A DNA stretch of 64,000 bases from IMG/VR virus record IMGVR_UViG_3300037249_001405, positions 32,001-96,000 of that record, one strand, 5' to 3'. Shown piece by piece: positions 58,684-64,000 of the stretch. Source of the DNA: a virus. Taxonomy: Duplodnaviria > Caudoviricetes. The position numbers were made by a program, and so were the translations under genes. Every line of letters starts with the position of its first letter. Position 1 is the first letter of the stretch. The notes under the pieces are model-generated. The model did no database searches and was not told the origin of the DNA. It saw only the letters and a program-made list of their open reading frames with translations.

Positions 58684-59595
58684 ATGATATTATATAGAAC
58701 AAAAAATTATGGAGTAGCGGATAGCGTTCGAAAGGCAAAGGGTGAATATTTAGATAAACTCTTTAAGGAAGCAAAGGAGAGGATAAAAGATACTGAATTA
58801 GCAAAAAAGAGATTAAGGGATAAAGAGGAATGGAAGAAGTGTTTAAATAATGAACGAAGAGATATTGATAAACACTACAAATCGGTTATTGATGATTCTT
58901 TAGAAGGTTTAGACTTTAGTGTGGTAAAGCGTAATATAGAAAAAGAGTCACATCAACCTTCAGATGAAGTAATATCAAGGATTTATGACAAGTATAAAAA
59001 TAAAGCTGATAATTTAGGTATTGATATCGTTATTGATTCGAACTTTAAGAGTTCTGGTAGGTATGATCCAGAACTAAAACAAATTATTCTAAAGAATCCA
59101 AAATCACTCACACTCATTCACGAATTAGAGCATGCGATTCAAGATAGAAATGAGAAAAAGTTTAGATATCTTCCAGGATTTGGTACTGGAATTGCTAAAA
59201 AAGATTACATGAGGCTTTATAATGGCAGGGAAAATGTTCATAAATATATCAAGTCTGTAGCATCAGAAGATGGAGCTATTATTGCGAAAACTAAAAAACT
59301 TTATTTAGAACCAGATGTCCCAGTTGATTATGTATTTGCTCAACACAACACTCCTTATATGCAACACATGAGAGCCCCGTTAGGTGATACAAACTTAATG
59401 AAGAATTATGCTGATATTTACTACAAGAACTGGATTGATCCTGAATTATATGGCAAAATAAAAGAGAATGCTAAAAAGATAGGTATTGATCTAGAAAAGA
59501 AGAGTAAAGTAGATAGAACACCAGGAACACCAGATGTAATAGAGAGAGTAAAAGAGTGGAATCTTGAAAAATTTGGTCATTCAAATATAAATTAG
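58684..59595 (+). CDS. Leader-bearing HExxH (zincin-like) protein
   Basis: MILYRTKNY|G; GRYDP..KQIIL...TLIHELEHAIQ...SEDGA. Confidence 0.7.
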   Translation: MILYRTKNYGVADSVRKAKGEYLDKLFKEAKERIKDTELAKKRLRDKEEWKKCLNNERRDIDKHYKSVIDDSLEGLDFSVVKRNIEKESHQPSDEVISRIYDKYKNKADNLGIDIVIDSNFKSSGRYDPELKQIILKNPKSLTLIHELEHAIQDRNEKKFRYLPGFGTGIAKKDYMRLYNGRENVHKYIKSVASEDGAIIAKTKKLYLEPDVPVDYVFAQHNTPYMQHMRAPLGDTNLMKNYADIYYKNWIDPELYGKIKENAKKIGIDLEKKSKVDRTPGTPDVIERVKEWNLEKFGHSNIN

Positions 59596-59658
59596 GAAGA
59601 AATTTCCCCTCAAAATTCTTAGTATTGATTAAGAGGTTGTCGAATCGTAAGTCGACAC

Positions 59659-59731
59659 ACAGGAGTAGTTCAGTTGGTAGAACGCTAGTCTCCAAAACTA
59701 GTGGTCGGTGGTTCGAGTCCATCTTCCTGTG
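59659..59731 (+). tRNA. tRNA-Trp(CCA)
   Basis: CTAGT-CT CCA AA-ACTAG. Confidence 0.9.
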
Positions 59732-59898
59732 CTTTTTGATGATGGATATGTTCCGTTTGATAAAAAGATGCTAGGGTTGGGTTTTTGGGTGAGTCTTTCC
59801 CTCTTCGATGACATAGATCTAGAACGTTGATAAAATTGAAAGACAAACCAGACTGCAGAGACGAGTTCTGTTGGCGCTCAGGAAAGTACTGGGGAAAT

Positions 59899-59972
59899 GC
59901 GGGAGTAGCTCAATTGGCTAGAGTATCTGCCTTCCAAGCAGAGGGTTGCGGGTTCGAAACCCGTCTCCCGCT
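59899..59972 (+). tRNA. tRNA-Gly(TCC)
   Basis: TCTGC-CT TCC AA-GCAGA. Confidence 0.92.
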
Positions 59973-60022
59973 CTTTTTTACTATTAATTATTAATTATTA
60001 ACTATTAATTTAAAAACACATT

Positions 60023-60274
60023 ATGACATCAGCTATAGCTTTCATTATGGGGATTTTCCTCATATGGTATGTAACAGACTCGATGAAAGAGACTAAGAAT
60101 CTCTATGAGATTCTTCTTTCGACAGAAAAGAATGAAGAGGTAAAGAGCCAACTAAAGGATCTTTATGAGAAATCAAAGAGAACTAATAAGAAGTATTTGA
60201 TTATTTTCGCTATTCTTCTTGCTATTTCTGTTGCTGTTTCCGTTACTGATTTAATTGCAATAATCAGCAAATAA
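60023..60274 (+). CDS. Small membrane protein with two hydrophobic segments
   Basis: Hydrophobic N- and C-terminal helices. Confidence 0.7.
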   Translation: MTSAIAFIMGIFLIWYVTDSMKETKNLYEILLSTEKNEEVKSQLKDLYEKSKRTNKKYLIIFAILLAISVAVSVTDLIAIISK

Positions 60275-60333
60275 TGTTATATGGTGGGTGGGGAAACCTG
60301 CTCACCATTTTTATTTCATCAAATTAATTAATT

Positions 60334-60660
60334 ATGAACTATAAAGAGAATGATGAGAAAAGACGATATTATGAAGATTTGCTAAGAAAGCGTATTGATA
60401 TCGTTCAAAGAAGAAAGATTGGGCTTATGGATCTTGTTGACCGACTTCAAAAAGAGGCTGGAATAACGAGAGGAGATGCTCTTGTACATGAAGTTTATAA
60501 AGGAACAGATAAAATTTGGGATAAATTATCTGAAAAATCCTTAGAAAAGTTCCTTCAATATCAAGAAGCTTTAATAGATCTCGAAAATGAGACTAATAAA
60601 CTCAACAAATTAAACGAAATATTAAATAATCTTCTTGAAGAAAGAAATACAAATGACTAA
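60334..60660 (+). CDS. Hypothetical coiled-coil protein
   Basis: 108 aa ORF. Confidence 0.7.
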   Translation: MNYKENDEKRRYYEDLLRKRIDIVQRRKIGLMDLVDRLQKEAGITRGDALVHEVYKGTDKIWDKLSEKSLEKFLQYQEALIDLENETNKLNKLNEILNNLLEERNTND

Positions 60661-61162
60661 AGAGGAAAAGATCAAGGAACTAGAGGCAGAAATGAACGAG
60701 CACTATGACAAGGCCTGGAGTTTACGCGATAAAATTGAAAAGCTTAGATTAAGTGATATTAATTTTGAGGGTAAATTCGTAGCTAGATCTGATGGTTATG
60801 GTGCCCCATTTAACGATTTTATGATAGTAAGTAGTCAACAGCTTACTGAAGTAAGAGGTAAAAAAGAGGTTTGTTTAACCGGTTTAGCATTCTATATGAT
60901 GGATGGCGGTTATACGGACAGTATTGATCTATTCTTTAGAGGCGAGCATACCTGGTGGATTCCTCTGGAAGATATTCTTGACCTAGAAACCAATAAAAAG
61001 TTGAAAGAAATTGATAAAGAGACTTATTTAAAGGCTGTAGGTGAGTATATAAAATCCATTCCAGCTTTCATAGATAAATGGATTAACGTTTACATTAAAA
61101 ATTACGTAGAAAATGACGGAGGAGAATCTAGCCAAACTGAAGGAAAAGCTTCAAGCTTGTAA
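60653..61162 (+). CDS. Hypothetical protein, paralog A
   Basis: INFEGK...DFMIV..Q...VCLTGLAFY...FFRG..TWW shared with the next gene. Confidence 0.75.
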   Translation: MTKEEKIKELEAEMNEHYDKAWSLRDKIEKLRLSDINFEGKFVARSDGYGAPFNDFMIVSSQQLTEVRGKKEVCLTGLAFYMMDGGYTDSIDLFFRGEHTWWIPLEDILDLETNKKLKEIDKETYLKAVGEYIKSIPAFIDKWINVYIKNYVENDGGESSQTEGKASSL

Positions 61163-61556
61163 TGAACAAGCTGCTCGTTTAAAAGCTGATATAGAAAAGA
61201 ATGAGCTAAAAGGAATTAATTATGAGGGTAAGATTCTTTTTAGAAAAGATGGTACTGGAAATGATTATATGATCGTGAAACGCCAATGTAAAGATGGCGA
61301 TAAAGTTTGTCTTTCTGGTTTAAACTTCTATATTAATAATTCCACAAAAGAATTAGAAAGTGCTGAGGTATTTTTTAAAGGGTGGATGACTTGGTGGTAT
61401 GATCTAAACGAATTTCTTAATCTAGAAAAAGATAAAAATCATAAAGTTTTAGATAAAATAACTTTTATGAGTGAAATAAAGGGGTATCTAAAAACCCTTG
61501 AAATCTTTATAAATGATTGGATTGAAAGATTTATTTCAGAAAATGAAATAAATTAA
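61113..61556 (+). CDS. Hypothetical protein, paralog B (tandem duplicate)
   Basis: INYEGK...DYMIV..Q...VCLSGLNFY...FFKG..TWW. Confidence 0.75.
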   Translation: MTEENLAKLKEKLQACNEQAARLKADIEKNELKGINYEGKILFRKDGTGNDYMIVKRQCKDGDKVCLSGLNFYINNSTKELESAEVFFKGWMTWWYDLNEFLNLEKDKNHKVLDKITFMSEIKGYLKTLEIFINDWIERFISENEIN

Positions 61557-61595
61557 TCTAATCATTTCTAGATCATATTAACGATTTCTGTTAAT

Positions 61596-61667
61596 TGACC
61601 TGTGGTGTAACGGTTAGCACCCGAGATTTTGGTTCTCGTAGTGGGGGTTCGAATCCCTCCAGGTCAA
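61596..61667 (+). tRNA. tRNA-Gln(TTG)
   Basis: CGAGA-TT TTG GT-TCTCG; TGACCTG/CAGGTCA acceptor. Confidence 0.9.
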
Positions 61668-61842
61668 CGCTTACCGTGAGGCTGCGTAGCGCAATTTGGA
61701 TTAGCTTGAGGGATAAAAGTTAATCTGGAGGCCTCCAAACGAATGGTATAGTGGATGCTATACCGCCTGCTAGTATGAAGTAGGTTGTAGTCATCAGTCC
61801 CAAGAATCCGAGATCATACTATCGGGTTCATTTAAAATATAA

Positions 61843-61916
61843 TCTGTTATAGCTCAGTGGATAGAGCGACTCTCAATTACTGAGAGAAGACGTGGACTCA
61901 ATCTCCTCTAACAGAA
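61843..61916 (+). pseudogene. Degenerate tRNA-like gene
   Basis: Perfect acceptor TCTGTTA/TAACAGA and D arm; non-canonical anticodon loop AATTACT and T loop CTCAATC. Confidence 0.6.
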
Positions 61917-61926
61917 CAAATAAATT

Positions 61927-62000
61927 GCCGATGTAGCTCAGCTGGCCAGAGCGGCTGATTTGTAATCAGCGGGTCGTGGGTTCGAATCCCTCCGTCGGCT
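61927..62000 (+). tRNA. tRNA-Thr(TGT)
   Basis: GCTGA-TT TGT AA-TCAGC. Confidence 0.92.
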
Positions 62001-62041
62001 CTTTCAATACATTTTTTAACAATTAATAAAAACATATACAT

Positions 62042-62116
62042 GACAGGGTGGCTGAGAGGCCCAAAGCAACGGTCTGCAAAACCGTACAACCGTGGGTTCG
62101 AATCCCACCCCTGTCT
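62042..62116 (+). tRNA. tRNA-Cys(GCA)
   Basis: ACGGT-CT GCA AA-ACCGT. Confidence 0.92.
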
Positions 62117-62123
62117 CATTTAT

Positions 62124-62338
62124 AAATCACTACAAGTGGGTTTGTCATACCCTGCAATTATCTCTTCCCTAATAAGCCAGTTCTCAAATTCTAGAAAAGT
62201 ATGCTAGCGCATACATCGGGCTATGGGGGAGTCTTCTCATAAGCTAAATAGAAACTGCAGAAATTCTATTTAGTGAAACAGGAGAACAGTAAGGTCATAG
62301 GTAAAGAGAATACAGTATGATCTAAGAAGTAGTGATTT
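62124..62338 (+). ncRNA. Rod-like structured RNA (~215 nt), class unknown
   Basis: Nested pairings AAATCACTAC/GTAGTGATTT, GTCATAC/GTATGAT, TCTCTT/AAGAGA, CCTA/TAGG, GTTCTC/GAGAAC. Confidence 0.55.
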
Positions 62339-62354
62339 TTTAGGAAATAAAAAC

Positions 62355-62428
<74 letters not shown>

Positions 62429-62441
62429 CGAATATTAAAAC

Positions 62442-62515
62442 GGGAATGTAGCTCAGTTGGTTAGAGCAATTGACTGTTAATCAATAGGCCGTGGGTTCGA
62501 ATCCCTCCTTTCCCG
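62442..62515 (+). tRNA. tRNA-Asn(GTT)
   Basis: ATTGA-CT GTT AA-TCAAT. Confidence 0.9.
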
Positions 62516-62549
62516 CAAAATTCTAATTTATAAAGGTGAAGCTCTTAAT

Positions 62550-62634
62550 GGGGAAGCGGCTACGATGGTGGAGTGGCGGCGGTCTGTAAAACCGTTACAT
62601 TGATACGCAGTAGGTTCGAATCCTACCTTCCCCA
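62550..62634 (+). tRNA. tRNA-Tyr(GTA)
   Basis: GCGGT-CT GTA AA-ACCGT; long variable region. Confidence 0.88.
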
Positions 62635-62671
62635 CACATAATGTGTGATTTGTTTTATAATTTTTTGGTAA

Positions 62672-62744
62672 GCGCCAGTAACTCAGTTGGCTAGAGTACG
62701 AACTTTTAATATCGGAGTCCCGAGTTCGAATCTCGGCTGGCGCA
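62672..62744 (+). tRNA. tRNA-Lys(TTT) with an irregular anticodon stem
   Basis: CGAA-CT TTT AA-TATCG (4 bp plus a bulge); other arms canonical. Confidence 0.75.
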
Positions 62745-62761
62745 CTTTTTTATTTATTTTT

Positions 62762-62849
62762 GGAGGGTTGGCAGAGTGGACGAATGCAGCGGTTTGCTAA
62801 ACCGTCGACCGCGAAGAGCGGTCCACAGGTTCGAATCCTGTACCCTCCG
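62762..62849 (+). tRNA. tRNA-Ser(GCT)
   Basis: GCGGT-TT GCT AA-ACCGT; long variable arm GACCGC/GCGGTC. Confidence 0.92.
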
Positions 62850-62880
62850 CAAAAATTAATTAACTAAAAACACAAACAAA

Positions 62881-63075
62881 ATGACACAGGAAGAAAAATT
62901 GTTACTTGCTCTCTTGGGCGCTATGGCTCCCAAGAAGAAAACATTTTTCGACCACGTAGATACTGTGGTCGATAAGTGCGAGAATGCTATAACTAGCATT
63001 CCAGACAAATGCTCAAATGTAGCAGACAAGATCGAAGATACGGTAGATGATATCGTAGACTTCTTCACAATTTAG
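62881..63075 (+). CDS. Small hypothetical protein inside the tRNA array
   Basis: 64 aa after an A-rich initiation region. Confidence 0.6.
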   Translation: MTQEEKLLLALLGAMAPKKKTFFDHVDTVVDKCENAITSIPDKCSNVADKIEDTVDDIVDFFTI

Positions 63076-63088
63076 GCACATCTTTACA

Positions 63089-63161
63089 GGGCCCGTACCT
63101 CAATGGTCAGAGGGACTGACTCATAATCAGGCGGCTACAGGTTCAAGTCCTGTCGGGCCCA
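63089..63161 (+). tRNA. tRNA(CAT), probably Ile2 (lysidine type) or elongator Met
   Basis: CTGA-CT CAT AA-TCAG; GGGCCCG acceptor with C4:G69 and C5:G68. Confidence 0.8.
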
Positions 63162-63167
63162 CAAAAG

Positions 63168-63277
63168 ACACACTTGTTGATGCGTAATCCGAAAGGAGAT
63201 AAACATCCGGGGGTTCGAATCCCTCTCCTGCCTGAATGGGCAGGTTGGCAGAGCGGTTGATTGCAATGCAGGTGTGT
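63168..63277 (+). ncRNA. Circularly permuted tRNA mimic (YrlA/Y-RNA-like topology)
   Basis: Order is T arm, then loop-closed acceptor stem, then D arm; the 5' and 3' ends pair in place of the anticodon arm. Confidence 0.75.
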
Positions 63278-63502
63278 ATTTTTCAATGAAATTTTAAAGT
63301 GTATACAAGAGACGCAGGAGTTGTAACCCACCCGATAGCCTGGGTAGCTCAGATTTCATTAAAGAGCGCTTGTATATGCGTATGTAAGGAGTAATATGTT
63401 CTCTAGCGGAAGGCAAAGGCGATGATGGGGCTATTATGGAATCACCTTACTAAAAATATTTTAGGTTATTTGGACCAAGAAACCACCTTTCTTGGTCAAT
63501 TT

Positions 63503-63576
63503 GGGTCCGGTAGCTCAGCTGGTAGAGCGTCTGATTGAAGATCAGAAGGTCACTGGTTCAAATCCAGTCCGACCCA
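63503..63576 (+). tRNA. tRNA-Phe(GAA), copy 1 (bulged acceptor stem)
   Basis: TCTGA-TT GAA GA-TCAGA; GGGTC(C)GG/CCGACCC. Confidence 0.85.
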
Positions 63577-63662
63577 CTTTTCGTTTTATACTACTAGGTT
63601 ATATAGTTTGTCAGGATTGGGGGACTATATGTAATTACTTCTCCGGAGAGTCCCTAGTAATT

Positions 63663-63735
63663 GGGGAGGTAGCACTGGTGGTCAGTGCACTGGACTGAAA
63701 ATCCAGCCAAGAAGGTTCGACTCCTTCCCTTCCCA
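63663..63735 (+). tRNA. tRNA-Phe(GAA), copy 2
   Basis: CTGGA-CT GAA AA-TCCAG. Confidence 0.88.
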
Positions 63736-64000
63736 CAATTAATTACTAATCATTAATGATTAGTAATTTTTTTTTGCTCATGAAATATGTTGTTATGAAA
63801 ATAAAAACCTAAATAAGTGATTAAATTTTACTCACATTAGTGAATAAGATTACTATGAATGAAATTAATAATTAGATTACAAAAGCCGGTAAAATTCTTA
63901 CGAAAGATGAAATAGTATTATTTTTCGTTGGTTATATCGTCTTGAATTATATTAAAGATAGAGGGATTAACGTAATGGAAACTATAGCTTTATATTTTAA

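Noticed and set aside
61700-61800. Second hammerhead on the minus strand (CTGATGA at about 61791-61797)
   Set aside because: No downstream GAAA core or compatible stems.
63855-64000. TAG-to-Gln recoding (ATG 63855, TAG 63873, then an open frame to the window end)
   Set aside because: Single truncated case. Long genes are intact under the standard code, several (capsid, Clp, helicase) end in TAG, and no CTA-anticodon tRNA was seen.

Overview
An AT-rich segment of a large tailed (myovirus-like, probably jumbo) phage, most likely infecting Bacteroidales. The host is inferred from the lack of Shine-Dalgarno sites, a TA-N4-TG promoter core and Prevotella/Bacteroides-phage-type hypothetical proteins. 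The standard genetic code is used. 1-23.9 kb is a head/tail morphogenesis region: partial tail sheath, major capsid protein, very acidic scaffold-like protein, prohead protease, baseplate-wedge-like protein and terminase. It is interleaved with a large family of unusual genes that continues at 28-33 kb and 58.7 kb. The main signal is that more than 20 otherwise unrelated proteins share a short N-terminal leader ending in [K/R]-x-[F/Y]|[S/G/A/T], and/or a 'YSEAFEDGxDYAIEKMF' module. The same motif is repeated in the capsid protein N-terminus, the protease C-terminus and about 20 times in the scaffold-like protein. This points to a capsid-loading and protease-maturation system for swappable cargo: glycine-zipper membrane polyproteins, two ADP-ribosyltransferase-like proteins and two HExxH peptidase-like proteins. 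The rest of the window has accessory genes (Tpt1/KptA plus an apparently dead paralog, a degenerate ABC/AAA ATPase, a Panacea-like protein, an EF-Ts-like protein, a ClpB/C-like chaperone, a helicase) and a repeated promoter-hairpin leader cassette. It is also rich in RNA elements: 16 tRNA genes, a tRNA-Leu(UAA) group I intron with an HNH gene in its P1 loop, a circularly permuted tRNA mimic, an oversized tRNA-like RNA, a type III hammerhead ribozyme and several unassigned structured ncRNAs. All protein assignments come from motifs recognised by eye; no database search was run.
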